In this document: piece by piece, positions 49,931-60,252 of the stretch
Layout: each line of letters starts with the position of its first letter
Numbering within the stretch: position 1 is the first letter of the stretch
Assembly: GCA_963663805.2 (NCBI GenBank)
Contig: CAXXMR010000009.1
Coordinates: 160,001 to 224,000, forward strand
DNA length: 64,000 bases
Direction: 5' to 3'
Source: Sedimentisphaerales bacterium
Lineage (GTDB): Bacteria > Planctomycetota > Phycisphaerae > Sedimentisphaerales > SM23-30
Program-made: the position numbers and the translations under genes
The notes under the pieces: generated by a model
What the model saw: the letters and a program-made list of their open reading frames with translations, nothing else
Database searches by the model: none
What the model was told of the DNA's origin: nothing

Positions 49931-51850
49931 CTAGTCCTGGCAATTGCTGTCAACAGCGTTATTGCACTTGAGCCAGTCAGATGTGAGCAGTGCGAAATCT
50001 TCCAGATTTACATAGCAGTCGCCGTCGAGGTCGCCTGTCATGATTGTCTGGCAGCTCGAACCGCCATTGGCGAAGAAGCTGTCGGCGATTTCCGTAGCGG
50101 TCAGAGCCACTTCATAAATCTGCACGTCGTCAATCAGCCCGTCAAACTCACGTGAGCCGGGGAACTGGTCGTTAGAACCGATGCGGACATCATAATCGCA
50201 AGTAGCGATAGCGACTTCTTCACCGTCCGGCCCCTGGCTGTCAACCAGCAGGCCGTCGATGTAAAGCTGAACTGTTACGCCGTCATAGACACCCACGGCC
50301 TGATGCCAGCGACCGTCATCGAGATTACTGCCGCCTGTCGCGTCGCCGATGCCGCTGCAAGTGAAGTTAATTGCGCCGGTTTCGTTCTGGCTGTGAATCC
50401 GCCATGAGCTGTCACCCTTGGTCACAATAGACTGCCAGGCTTTATTGAAGCCATCGGCCTTGAACCACGCCGAAACGGTAATCCAGTCGGTAATGTCAGC
50501 CCAGGTGTCCGGGTCGCCTTCGCTCTTGCCGCCGCCGCAGTCGATGTGCGACAGGCCGTCAAGTTCGACCGCGTCATTAATCTGGCCAGTCGTCCATGCC
50601 ACCGAACCGGAGGCAGTGCCGTTATGGCCGTTGCCGGAACTGTCGGTCGCGTCACCGTCCAACTGCCAATGAGCCACCAGGCCGGTGTAACCACTGGGCT
50701 GAACAATAACCATTACCGTATCGCTCGCTGATAGCAAACCCTCGTCGGTCGCGATAACTTCCAGAATATATTCGCCAACCGTATCGAAAGTTGCAATTGG
50801 GTCTGCCAGTTCATCATCGTCGAAAGATACAACCGCACCCAAAGGCTGGCTCTGCACCTGCCACAGATAGCTGATAGTGCCGAAATCATCAACCGTGGAA
50901 TCCAGTTGATACGATGCGGTCGTGCCGTCAATCGCGCACCAGCCCTTCGGGCCGGCGTCAACTATCGGGGCCTGATTAACCGTGCTGAAATACCAAACCT
51001 GAGAAGGTGTGGTATTGCCGGCATCGATGCTGTCAACCCGCCAGTAGTAGGTTTTTTCTGCGGTGAGAGTGGGCATTGCAACTTGCTCAACCGTTTGGCC
51101 GAAAACCAACTGCGTCGCCCCGGACATATTTTCATTTTCACCGAAGAACACATTGCAAGTAACGATATTGCCGGGGAGATTTGGTTCCGGCAATGTCCAT
51201 TCCAGATACGCCGGCGGATTCGCTGCGTCGATTGCGGCACCTATTTGCGGCGAAGGATTCTGGGCGTCGTTAGATGTTACCGAAGCATCATCAAAACAAG
51301 CCGCACCCGCGGTCGGATAGCCTTCGGGGTCCATTGCGTCGTTGGTTAGATATACCACGAATCTGCCGTATACCGCACCTGCAACGGCTGTTTTCGAACC
51401 GCTGATGGTAACCCAGGTATCGCTTCCGTCGCCGGGGTCGGTGTCGCTTTTGGCGCCCTCGAAGCGGCCAATCTCATCACTGCCGACAGCGGCATAGGTT
51501 TCGTCCAGCCATTCAACCGTCAATTTCAAATCCCAGCCCCGCAATGCGTCACCAGCAGGGGTGATGGCATCAAGGCTAAGAGTGTATTTAACACCGACGA
51601 CAACATCGAAATCCTGAAATATGCCGGCGTCGCTGTACCAGACTTTTACGCCTTTGGTTTCTCTGGTATAGCCGCTCAGCTGATGATGTTCACCACTGGG
51701 GCCCCATGAGGTCCAGCCAATGATATTTGATAGTGCACCCGGGTCACCCTGTTCATAGCCGGGATTGTTCAGCACATTACCATACACTGAGGTATTGACC
51801 AGAATCAGCAGGGCAAATACCGCGGAAATCATCCTTATCGTTTTCTTCAT
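49931..51850 (-). CDS. Secreted non-catalytic protein: CBM-like domain + Ig/PKD + LamG + dockerin
   Basis: Signal peptide; NVLNNPGYE...FDDASV jelly-roll; YYWRVD; NQAPIVDAG PKD; LVAHWQLD...GLIDDVQIY LamG; GDLDGDCYVNLEDF. Confidence 0.85.
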   Translation of the reverse strand: MKKTIRMISAVFALLILVNTSVYGNVLNNPGYEQGDPGALSNIIGWTSWGPSGEHHQLSGYTRETKGVKVWYSDAGIFQDFDVVVGVKYTLSLDAITPAGDALRGWDLKLTVEWLDETYAAVGSDEIGRFEGAKSDTDPGDGSDTWVTISGSKTAVAGAVYGRFVVYLTNDAMDPEGYPTAGAACFDDASVTSNDAQNPSPQIGAAIDAANPPAYLEWTLPEPNLPGNIVTCNVFFGENENMSGATQLVFGQTVEQVAMPTLTAEKTYYWRVDSIDAGNTTPSQVWYFSTVNQAPIVDAGPKGWCAIDGTTASYQLDSTVDDFGTISYLWQVQSQPLGAVVSFDDDELADPIATFDTVGEYILEVIATDEGLLSASDTVMVIVQPSGYTGLVAHWQLDGDATDSSGNGHNGTASGSVAWTTGQINDAVELDGLSHIDCGGGKSEGDPDTWADITDWITVSAWFKADGFNKAWQSIVTKGDSSWRIHSQNETGAINFTCSGIGDATGGSNLDDGRWHQAVGVYDGVTVQLYIDGLLVDSQGPDGEEVAIATCDYDVRIGSNDQFPGSREFDGLIDDVQIYEVALTATEIADSFFANGGSSCQTIMTGDLDGDCYVNLEDFALLTSDWLKCNNAVDSNCQD

Positions 51851-51913
51851 ATCTATCTCCTGTGTTAGAACTCTATTCCAAATCATATCTCTCTGTTTCT
51901 GTGAACAATGGTG

Positions 51914-51942
51914 GGGCACCATTACCATGGCTAACGGTGCCC
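51914..51942 (-). terminator. Intergenic stem-loop after the PEP-CTERM gene
   Basis: Minus strand GGGCACCGTTA-GCCATGG-TAATGGTGCCC. Confidence 0.55.
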
Positions 51943-51961
51943 ACCCTATATAATAAGCGTT

Positions 51962-52588
51962 TTAGCGTTTGCGGCGAATCAGGGCCATACTGCCCAGGCC
52001 CAGCAAAGCAATCGTCATCGGTTCAGGCACAACCGAGGCGTCATCAAAATAGACGCCGCCGCCGGTATATCCCCAGTCGCCGGCCTGTTCCAGATACATC
52101 ACAATTCTGCCGTGAATCGCGCCATCTGTCGCTGTACTTGTCCCGCTCAGGGTGACCCAGGTATCAGTTCCGTCGCCGGGGTTGGTTTCGCTTTTGGCGC
52201 CCACGAACCGGTCGATAACTTCGCCGCCCAGAACGGCCCAGTTCGCGTCAAGCCATTCGGCTTTAACGATAAGGTCCCAGCCTTTGAGCATATCAGCCGA
52301 CGGAGATATTGCCGCCAGACTGAATGTGTATTCCACACCGGCTGTCGCGTCAAAATCCTGGTACATTCCCGTGCTGTCCCACCAGTATTTCATGCCTTTG
52401 TCACCGTTTTTGTAACCGGCATCGTCATGATGCCAGCCACTGTTACCCCACTTGGTCCAGTTGTCGATGGTCACAGAGTCGATATTACCTAAATCACCAC
52501 CTTCAAATCCGCCGTTGAGGATCAGATTCGCCTGAGCGCCGGCACACATCAGCAAGCTCACAATTAGTGTTACCAGTACTTTTTTCAT
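51962..52588 (-). CDS. PEP-CTERM sorting-domain protein with CBM-like domain
   Basis: Signal peptide (AQA/NLILNGGFE); C-terminal VPEPMTIALLGLGSMALIRRKR. Confidence 0.92.
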   Translation of the reverse strand: MKKVLVTLIVSLLMCAGAQANLILNGGFEGGDLGNIDSVTIDNWTKWGNSGWHHDDAGYKNGDKGMKYWWDSTGMYQDFDATAGVEYTFSLAAISPSADMLKGWDLIVKAEWLDANWAVLGGEVIDRFVGAKSETNPGDGTDTWVTLSGTSTATDGAIHGRIVMYLEQAGDWGYTGGGVYFDDASVVPEPMTIALLGLGSMALIRRKR

Positions 52589-52668
52589 TTCCGTTCTCCT
52601 TATCAAAAAATGCACACAATCACACAACCCCGCCTACGTCGGCTAAGGGCATTGTCATTAAATTAACC

Positions 52669-53463
52669 TCACCAATAATGAGCGGGCCAATCCGAACTTG
52701 GACGAAATTTAAGCGTCATGTCATCATAATCTACCCATACTACACTACCGTCACAGTTTAGTATATTTCCGCCTATCGCTTCGCGGCCCTTAACATGATT
52801 CGAGAAAAAATTATATTTAATACCGCCGATGGTGCTGCTCACGTTAGTAAAGTCTTTTGAAGTAACTATGTCTAAATCACGAGTCCAGGTTATGTCGGTA
52901 ACTAGAGGTGAGTCGCTGGCCATTCTTGCATCGATGGTTGTGTGAAATATCTTGCGGTGGCCATATCGACTGCCCAAAGAGTATCTTGCGTCTTTTCTTA
53001 GAGTGGTATTCAGCTCTAATAACCAGAAATAATCAGATAGTACATGCCCGCTGGTAGCATCGTCCGGGTTTGTCACTTTGCCGCCGGATTCATCTCGCAT
53101 ATAAGTGAGATAGTATTCAACCAATTCCCGGTCGCTTTTCTTCTTTAAATTATTGGATGGGCAAAACAGCGTTTCCAGTTGGTACTCACGACGAATGGTG
53201 TCAGCAATATTGTGAGGTACATCAAACAGCCAGCCCGAACCGGCCGTTGTAGTAGGCAGCTTGGAATTGTTCTCGTTAGCGTAAATATGCAGAACCAGCC
53301 CCATGCTGTGCAGGTGAGCGGAGCAGGTGACTTTCCGGGCCTGTTCTCTGGCATGGCCCAGTGCCGGTAGAAGAATCGATACCAGCAGGGCGATAATCGC
53401 TACCACCACCAGCAGTTCCACGAGTGTGAAAGCGTCATTTTTCTTTTGGATTTTTTTAGCCAT
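52669..53463 (-). CDS. Prepilin-type N-terminal cleavage/methylation protein (DUF1559-like)
   Basis: [40 protein letters not shown]...[11 protein letters not shown]. Confidence 0.9.
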   Translation of the reverse strand: MAKKIQKKNDAFTLVELLVVVAIIALLVSILLPALGHAREQARKVTCSAHLHSMGLVLHIYANENNSKLPTTTAGSGWLFDVPHNIADTIRREYQLETLFCPSNNLKKKSDRELVEYYLTYMRDESGGKVTNPDDATSGHVLSDYFWLLELNTTLRKDARYSLGSRYGHRKIFHTTIDARMASDSPLVTDITWTRDLDIVTSKDFTNVSSTIGGIKYNFFSNHVKGREAIGGNILNCDGSVVWVDYDDMTLKFRPSSDWPAHYW

Positions 53464-53536
53464 CAATATGCCTCCTTCGTCTATAATCGACTCAGCGTAA
53501 CGAAGTGTTTCTTTTGAATTTCTTAAGCCGGCAATT

Positions 53537-53611
53537 TGTAAAAGCGTTTTCATGATGAATCAACAACCTTACTTATAAAAGTATATTATCAAATTCCCCA
53601 AACGACGTCAA
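53537..53611 (-). promoter_or_regulatory. sigma70 promoter and LacI-type operator of the prepilin-GH144 operon
   Basis: Minus strand TTGACG (53611-53606), 17 bp, TAATAT (53588-53583); downstream near-palindrome TGTAAAAGCGTTTTCA (53537-53552). Confidence 0.75.
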
Positions 53612-53739
53612 GCGTTTTTTGCTATAAAATCCGTATTTTTCAGCATTTTAGCTATTTTTGACAAAAAATAGTTTTCTCATTATTCCCTAACCCTGCCTTT
53701 TGCAATACCTTACAATAATCGCACATTATTCAAAAAAAG

Positions 53740-53755
53740 TAAAAACGCTCTTACA
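53740..53755. promoter_or_regulatory. Auxiliary LacI-type operator
   Basis: TAAAAACGCTCTTACA, 14/16 match to TGAAAACGCTTTTACA. Confidence 0.55.
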
Positions 53756-53829
53756 AATTTATCGACCGAATAAAACCCGCTTAAAATACCTTAAATCACG
53801 CTTTGTTAAATACTTATCGGACATTTGCT

Positions 53830-55248
53830 TTATTTCGCCTCATTTTGGCCTGTCCGACGAGCATCCAACAGCGATTTGATTTCATAAGCCCGCTGTTCGG
53901 TAAGAGGGTATTTCAGCAGTAAACCCACGCTAACCAGGCACAGCACCGAGGGAATTGTGATTTCCCAGAATCGCAGCCACCAAAGCGTATCTTCCGCCTG
54001 CATCGCCAAATTCGCATCAAAACCAGTGGATTTCAGCAGAAAACCCTGCACGAATATCCCCGCCGCGATTCCCAGTTTCCACCACCATCCGTACATGGCT
54101 TGATAGCTGCCTTCCCGCCGCTTGCCCGTATTAAGCTCATCCTCGTCACAAATATCCGCCAGCATGGCGTAAACCAGCGAAAACAGCACCAGCAAACCAA
54201 ACGCCAGCGCCGCTGTCGGTATCAAAGCCAGCCACGGATGTTCGCGGCTATAGCAAACGCACTTGAGCGCATTACCCGCGGCCATTATCAGCAGAAATAT
54301 CATCACGGTTTTCGATTTGCCTATCCGTGTGGCGATCCACGTCATCGGAAAAACGCCTATCAGCGATAAAACGCCCCACAGTGTCCCGCACCAGCCCATC
54401 AGAATCGACGCTGCTTTCTGGTCGCCCGAATAAACATAAAAAATCATAATGTAATTAGCGAACCCCATGACAAAATAAAGCCCGATAGTAACCACAAAAA
54501 CTATCGCCAGCAGATGCAAAAATGTACGGTTCTTGCAAGTCGTGGTCACGCTTTCCCAAAAACCCACTCGCTGTTGAACTTGTGCCTGCTCATATTTAGG
54601 TTCTTTGCATACCAACGCACAGGCGACCGCCGAAACTATCAGAATTCCGCCAATAACCATTCCCACATATTTCATCCCTTCAACTTCGTCGACAAAGTAA
54701 TCAAGGTTAGCGACGAAATAAAGCCAGGGCAGACACAAACTGCCTGCGTTTATCAGAAAACTGCAATAAGCAAAAATTCGCGTGCGTTCATGATAATCGC
54801 TGGTCAGCTCATAACCCAAAGCGCCGCGCGGCACTTCGATAATCGTATAAGCGATATAAAACAAACAGGACATTATCAGAAAATATGCCAGAGTTGCCTT
54901 GTCTCCCCAGTGGGGGGGCACCATCCACAAAAGGGCGAAAATTATCCCCATCAAAATCCCGCCCACCATGATATAAGGCCTGCGCCGCCCGAACCGACTC
55001 CGGCTGTTATCCGACATGTTCCCGATAAGCGGGTCGGTAATCGCGTCGATAACCCGCGGAATGCCCTGGGCGATACCCAGCATCTCCGGCGAAACGCCCA
55101 GCCCGATATTATAAATCAGATTACCCATGTTCGACAGCGAATTGACCGCCAGATTCGTAGACATAGCCCCCATCCCATAGCCAACCTTCTGACCTACCGA
55201 AACCTTGTCCTTCTGTTCAGTCTGATGATGATGCTCAATCTCAGTCAT
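53830..55248 (-). CDS. MFS glycoside-pentoside-hexuronide (GPH/MelB-like) transporter
   Basis: DAITDPLIG, SRFGRRRPY, ELTSDYHERT, MLADICDEDEL..GKRREG. Confidence 0.92.
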   Translation of the reverse strand: MTEIEHHHQTEQKDKVSVGQKVGYGMGAMSTNLAVNSLSNMGNLIYNIGLGVSPEMLGIAQGIPRVIDAITDPLIGNMSDNSRSRFGRRRPYIMVGGILMGIIFALLWMVPPHWGDKATLAYFLIMSCLFYIAYTIIEVPRGALGYELTSDYHERTRIFAYCSFLINAGSLCLPWLYFVANLDYFVDEVEGMKYVGMVIGGILIVSAVACALVCKEPKYEQAQVQQRVGFWESVTTTCKNRTFLHLLAIVFVVTIGLYFVMGFANYIMIFYVYSGDQKAASILMGWCGTLWGVLSLIGVFPMTWIATRIGKSKTVMIFLLIMAAGNALKCVCYSREHPWLALIPTAALAFGLLVLFSLVYAMLADICDEDELNTGKRREGSYQAMYGWWWKLGIAAGIFVQGFLLKSTGFDANLAMQAEDTLWWLRFWEITIPSVLCLVSVGLLLKYPLTEQRAYEIKSLLDARRTGQNEAK

Positions 55249-55291
55249 ATCGCCTCACATTCATTAAACGGTTATCTCAATTACATTCCGC

Positions 55292-58200
55292 TCACGCCCC
55301 CAAAGCAGCCTCCAGCCGAACATTATCAATCATTGCTCCACCTGTGCGATAAGGATTAGCCTCACGTTCAAACTCAACTTTCTTGCCGTTAATTTTTATC
55401 GAACGGACATTTTTTCCGGAGATATTATATTTCAACTGTACATCCTGCCCCCGTAGCCTCATATCGACCTTCAGCCCGCTATACCCTGCCGTCAGCATCG
55501 GGTCAAAAACCGTCTGGCCGAAAGCCTGCCGAACCCCCAGCAGATATTCAATCACAAACCGTACAAACATGCCCGGCCCACTGGAATAAATCCGCCACCC
55601 GCCTTTGAGCTCAATCTTGCCCGCCTTCAAATCATCGTAATGCTCGTTCACCTCATAGCGATTATCAAACCCGCCGTCCGAGCTGCTGTAATAGCAGTTC
55701 GCCTGCCGCAAATTCGCCTGAGAAACCACCTCGCGCAGACCCACCGGCACAACCTGACGCAAAGCCCGCACAAACTTCGACCGTTCGCCCAGCTTCGCCA
55801 TTGCCTCAGCGTAACGCAGATGAGCGTGCGTATACATCAAACCAATTTCCCGCCCGAAAAACGGGCAGCTTTCCGCCCGCTTGAAATACTGCTGCAATCC
55901 GCCGTGATATTTGGGCGGGCAATCCATCAAACGCGCCCCGTCGGGCCCTTTCAGGTGCTTTTCGATAAGCTCGGCATGTTTCCACGCCTGCTCCGCTGTA
56001 AAAATCCCGCTGATAATTCCGCGAATCATCGGCAGCAAACGATAGCTGATACCCGTAGTCTTATCCGATGGATGCAGCAGTAAATCAAAGGAGTTCTTGC
56101 CATTGACCAGCCCAAATCCCGCCACGACTTTATCGCGAATCAGATGCTGCTCGAAATCCCGCTGAATTTCCGCACAATAGCTTTCCAGTTTTTCAGCCAT
56201 CGTCTTATGCCCCGCAACCCGGCATATCTCCGACAGCTCCTTGAACGCCTGATAATTCAAACCCACCGTCCAACAGCTTATCAACCGCTTTTTCAATTTA
56301 AGATTCGCCGGCTGCATCGAGTCGTTCCAGTCCCCATCGGAGTAATCCGCCAGCATCGTCCCCTTCGCAAACCGATGCCTGGTTACATAAATAACCGCCT
56401 GCACCAGATGCCCCAAAACTGTACCATATTCCGCTGCCTCAGCCTGATCCTGACAGTAGTAGGGCAGTTCCGCGTCCAGAAAATCAAAATCGCCCGATGC
56501 CTTTACATATTCGCTTACCGCCAGTATCGGCCAGAAAATCACATCCCCGTGCGACTCATCGCTGCGAATCCAGCTGTACCGGTCAAACATCCACCATTGC
56601 GGCCAGTTGCCGTCATCCTCCTGATTACTCAGCACCCGCGCCAGCACCGCCCGTGCCGCCTCATAATGTCCCAGTCCCAGCAGCATCTCGACCGGCCCCT
56701 GACAAATATCACGCGTTCCCCAGGCTGCGCCGCCGTATTGCTCCAATCCATGCGGCGTAAGATAATGAATCCCCGCGTTCTGTGCGAACCAGGGCAGCGA
56801 TTCGGCGATCGCTGCCAAATCACCGCCGCACTCACTAAAACGCAATTCATTACTGACCCGCTTCCACGTTAGATTTGCCTTGTGTGTATCCTTCTCGTAA
56901 CTCCCCGAAAGCTCAACCGGTGTTTCCACTTCACCATTATTCACCAGTTCACCGCGCAGCGACATGCCAAACGTACGTGTCGGCAAGAGTTCTGTCACCA
57001 CAAAATTCAGCCCCCGGCTCTTATGGTCCGCGAACAGCAGTTCATCGCCGCCCATGTTCTTTATCAGTCCCGCGTCCTTCAGAAGCATAGTAAACGACCC
57101 ATCCGGGTATAGCCGATTAAGCTCACTGTCAATACCGGGCCAAAATCTCAGCATAGTACTATTAGCCGACGGGTCTGTCTGTTCGATACTCCATTGATGT
57201 TCCGTCGTAAGCTCATGAGAAATCAGCCACGCCCGCTCCGAACCCTCCAGCACATCCAGCCGCATCATGATTTCCGGCCCATCCGCCGCCCCCCAGCAGC
57301 ATACCTGATAAAGTTCACCCCGAAACTTATAAATCCACCGACACCCATTCAGCGAAATCTCAAACGCCGAGGGCACCGCCAGTTGATAATATTCATCGTT
57401 AATTCCCACGAAAACCCGCTGGCCCGTATAACGCTGCATATTCAGCGGATTGCTATTAACCGTCAACAGCCGATTGAAATTAACATTTCCCTGCGTTACA
57501 TGCGACCAGAACACCCCAAACATATAACTAGTACAGCTCAACGTCTCTTCATCTGGCAGCAGCCCGCTTCCGCTCTTGTAAATATGCCCGTGAGGCCGTT
57601 CAACCATCAGCTCCTTCGCCCGCAAAACCACATGCTGGTTATCACCCCGGAAAAACGATAGCGGTTTTCCCTCTGCGAATTCCTCAAACCGCCGCTCCCC
57701 GCCAAACAAAGCCCGCAATTCCGCCTCGTCCAAATCCTCAGACTCCAGCATCGCGGCATCCGAAAAAATACTCCCTGCCGCTGATTCACCCAAACAATTA
57801 GAAGATGTTGACTCATTCGCCTGAACGCGTAATTTTTCGATAACCGGTTCGAGCCTCGCCAAATCATTCACGGATGTCGGTTCACTATGATTCTCGTTGA
57901 ATATCCCAAAGAATCCACGTTTAACCGATTGCCCCGCCTGCAGCTCAACCGGTTCTTCCTGCAACGCCACCACCGCCAGTTCCTGCTGAGTCAATCCCGC
58001 CAAATTTTCAGCCGTCAAACCTGCCGGTATTCCACTTTGTCGATACCCCGCCCCGAAAAATTGCATTCCGTCAGTAGAAAAACTGGAAACCCTGCCAATC
58101 GAACCCAAAGCCAGCCACGGCACCTTGCTCGCCCCATGCTCATTCTGCCGACAGCATATAATATCACCATGCTCAGAATGCCGTAATGCGGTATAATCAA

Positions 58201-58648
58201 TATACTGGCTCACATAATAACTGTTCTGCTCGCCCGGCCCCGCCGATGACATACCTACGTCCTGAACATAAATCAAATCGACCTTAACATTTTCGGTAGG
58301 GTGGTTATTGCTCAGCTTCACATCCCACAGCCACGCCGCTTCGTCCTCTGCCAACAACAGCCGCAAAGTATAACCAATACCTTCAAATTCCCCTTGAACA
58401 TTAACACCATCATCGCCCACCCGCCACTCGCCCAGTATCGGCCGGGCCTTAATCTCCTTGCCGTAAACCCGCAAATAAACGTTACTGCAATTTATCGACA
58501 GAGCACTGCCTGAGATAAGATTTATACGAGTACGTCCCTGCTCGATTCTATCTATTGACCCGTTTTCATAAACTGAAAACGTAAGACCCACCGAATTCCT
58601 GATTCGACAAATCCCCTGTTCGCTAATCATGTCGCCATCAACTTCCAT
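55292..58648 (-). CDS. GH94 1,2-beta-oligoglucan phosphorylase (SOGP-like)
   Basis: About 1100 aa, no signal peptide; YVSQYID, HGLEQYGGAAWGTRD.CQGPVE, WPQWWMFD, DGDWNDSMQP, FGREIGLMYTHAHLRY, GGWRIYSSGPG. Confidence 0.88.
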   Translation of the reverse strand: MEVDGDMISEQGICRIRNSVGLTFSVYENGSIDRIEQGRTRINLISGSALSINCSNVYLRVYGKEIKARPILGEWRVGDDGVNVQGEFEGIGYTLRLLLAEDEAAWLWDVKLSNNHPTENVKVDLIYVQDVGMSSAGPGEQNSYYVSQYIDYTALRHSEHGDIICCRQNEHGASKVPWLALGSIGRVSSFSTDGMQFFGAGYRQSGIPAGLTAENLAGLTQQELAVVALQEEPVELQAGQSVKRGFFGIFNENHSEPTSVNDLARLEPVIEKLRVQANESTSSNCLGESAAGSIFSDAAMLESEDLDEAELRALFGGERRFEEFAEGKPLSFFRGDNQHVVLRAKELMVERPHGHIYKSGSGLLPDEETLSCTSYMFGVFWSHVTQGNVNFNRLLTVNSNPLNMQRYTGQRVFVGINDEYYQLAVPSAFEISLNGCRWIYKFRGELYQVCCWGAADGPEIMMRLDVLEGSERAWLISHELTTEHQWSIEQTDPSANSTMLRFWPGIDSELNRLYPDGSFTMLLKDAGLIKNMGGDELLFADHKSRGLNFVVTELLPTRTFGMSLRGELVNNGEVETPVELSGSYEKDTHKANLTWKRVSNELRFSECGGDLAAIAESLPWFAQNAGIHYLTPHGLEQYGGAAWGTRDICQGPVEMLLGLGHYEAARAVLARVLSNQEDDGNWPQWWMFDRYSWIRSDESHGDVIFWPILAVSEYVKASGDFDFLDAELPYYCQDQAEAAEYGTVLGHLVQAVIYVTRHRFAKGTMLADYSDGDWNDSMQPANLKLKKRLISCWTVGLNYQAFKELSEICRVAGHKTMAEKLESYCAEIQRDFEQHLIRDKVVAGFGLVNGKNSFDLLLHPSDKTTGISYRLLPMIRGIISGIFTAEQAWKHAELIEKHLKGPDGARLMDCPPKYHGGLQQYFKRAESCPFFGREIGLMYTHAHLRYAEAMAKLGERSKFVRALRQVVPVGLREVVSQANLRQANCYYSSSDGGFDNRYEVNEHYDDLKAGKIELKGGWRIYSSGPGMFVRFVIEYLLGVRQAFGQTVFDPMLTAGYSGLKVDMRLRGQDVQLKYNISGKNVRSIKINGKKVEFEREANPYRTGGAMIDNVRLEAALGA

Positions 58649-58746
58649 AAAAAACTTTCAATCTATATCAATGCAACCGTTTTGATAAAATGGCAAAATA
58701 AAAAAACTATCCCATCGGCCTGCCCTTGCCTTTTTCTACTAATTTC

Positions 58747-60090
58747 TTATATTTTCAAAGAGAATCCTGCCCGCTTCAGTCCCATCCGCACAAATTTGTT
58801 TCTGAGCATTAAATTCCAAATCAGTTCGCTGCGACCATTTTCAATCAAAAGCAGCATAGGCCCCTGAGCGATACCAATCACATGATTCGAAACCCACTGC
58901 CGCTCCAGATTGAACCCGTCCCAGAACCCATAGCCGCCGTCCTCGACCTCCTGCCAGACTGGCTGTCCCTTGATTATCAGCCCCTTCATCTCTCGCAGCG
59001 CCGCAATCGAATCGCCCGGCACAAACGGTACCGCCATCCCCGCCCCATAAGGATGCAGCGTGCCATGCTCACCCTGATGGTCCCGGTCAGTCCCGCGCGG
59101 CGGATGCCCCAGCACCACATATTTATCATCCGGTGCCGAGCCGGCGTTCACGCCCCAGCGATTCAGGCCGTAAGTTTTATATTTCTCAGCGTTATCCCGA
59201 CACCAGTCGCGATTAGCTTTGACCGCCCGAACTGTATTTTCAAACCAGTTTACCCCTTGTGCGTCTGGCCCTGTCGCCCGAAAATCATAAAAGCAATGAG
59301 CGAACATATAAGTGAACAAAGGCCCCGGATGGGTATAGATGAACTCTTCACCGTCTTTGTATTTTCCCACAGGCCGCTGCCAGTTATACATACTTTCACG
59401 CCCCAGCCGATATGCCGGATTAGGCGAACCTTGCCCCAAAAGTGCAATCAGCAGCGTTTCGTCGGTGTACCAGTCCCACGTCTGTTTTTCAAATTTTCCT
59501 GTCCCGTTCATGTTGTTCGGGTCGTCCGCCGCCCAGGCCATATATACCTGACCGTTCTCGCGATTGACAAAACTCTGCCAGTCAACCCGCCCATAAATCT
59601 CCTCCGCCAGGGCCTTAACCGGCCCTTTGAAATATTCGCCTGCCGCGATCGCACCCGCCACCAGCAATGCTGTGTCAATCGAAGACGCGATACTTTCATA
59701 GCCATGTCTGGTGGTATTACCCGTATGCAAATCAATAAAATGGCAATACATTCCTTTGTGCTGAGCGTTTGACTTGAGAATAGTTTCTAACGCCCGCCCC
59801 GCCCGCTCGTTCGCCTCCTCACGTGTTACATACCCTCGCTCCACACCCACCGGCAACGCCGCCAGACCAAACCCCAAAGAAGCCACGCTGCAACTGGCCG
59901 CCGCTGAGGTGTCCCGCACCAGCCCCGATTCAGCATCCGCCTCATTCCAGAAAAACATAAATGAAGCCCGCGTAACCTCCTCCAGCAGTGCCTCATCATC
60001 AGCCGAAATCTCTTGAAGCAGCCCATCAGCCCAACAGCCGCAACCGGCCAGTAAGAAAAATGATATAAAAAATATTTTTTTTTTGAACAT
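58747..60090 (-). CDS. Single-domain GH144-like (Glycoamylase family) beta-1,2-glucanase, exported
   Basis: FFWNE..SGLVRD, SVASLGFGL, GMYCHF, SSIDTALL, LFTYMFAH, WGVNA, YGFWDGFN, IGIAQG. Confidence 0.8.
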   Translation of the reverse strand: MFKKKIFFISFFLLAGCGCWADGLLQEISADDEALLEEVTRASFMFFWNEADAESGLVRDTSAAASCSVASLGFGLAALPVGVERGYVTREEANERAGRALETILKSNAQHKGMYCHFIDLHTGNTTRHGYESIASSIDTALLVAGAIAAGEYFKGPVKALAEEIYGRVDWQSFVNRENGQVYMAWAADDPNNMNGTGKFEKQTWDWYTDETLLIALLGQGSPNPAYRLGRESMYNWQRPVGKYKDGEEFIYTHPGPLFTYMFAHCFYDFRATGPDAQGVNWFENTVRAVKANRDWCRDNAEKYKTYGLNRWGVNAGSAPDDKYVVLGHPPRGTDRDHQGEHGTLHPYGAGMAVPFVPGDSIAALREMKGLIIKGQPVWQEVEDGGYGFWDGFNLERQWVSNHVIGIAQGPMLLLIENGRSELIWNLMLRNKFVRMGLKRAGFSLKI

Positions 60091-60252
60091 ATACCAACAG
60101 CCAATAAAAATTAGTTTTTTGATTTTGAGTATCGAATGTACGTCGTGGTTAATATTCTTCGCCGTTGCCGTTTAAAATCCGGGTAATTTGCGGCTAAATA
60201 TTTCTGTTGTCATTATTGAGGATTTAATGTTTAGAATTTCCAGTTTACCTGG

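Noticed and set aside
8970..51850. Cellulosome
   Set aside because: Dockerin-like repeats are present but no cohesin or scaffoldin is recognisable in the window; their binding partner is unknown.
32313..53463. Type II secretion or type IV pilus assembly operon
   Set aside because: Only isolated prepilin-like genes; no ATPase, secretin, platform protein or peptidase in the window.
44602..60090. Starch-degrading glucoamylases or cellobiose phosphorylase
   Set aside because: Motifs fit GH144 (historically labelled Glycoamylase) and the long SOGP-type GH94, and the two co-occur here.
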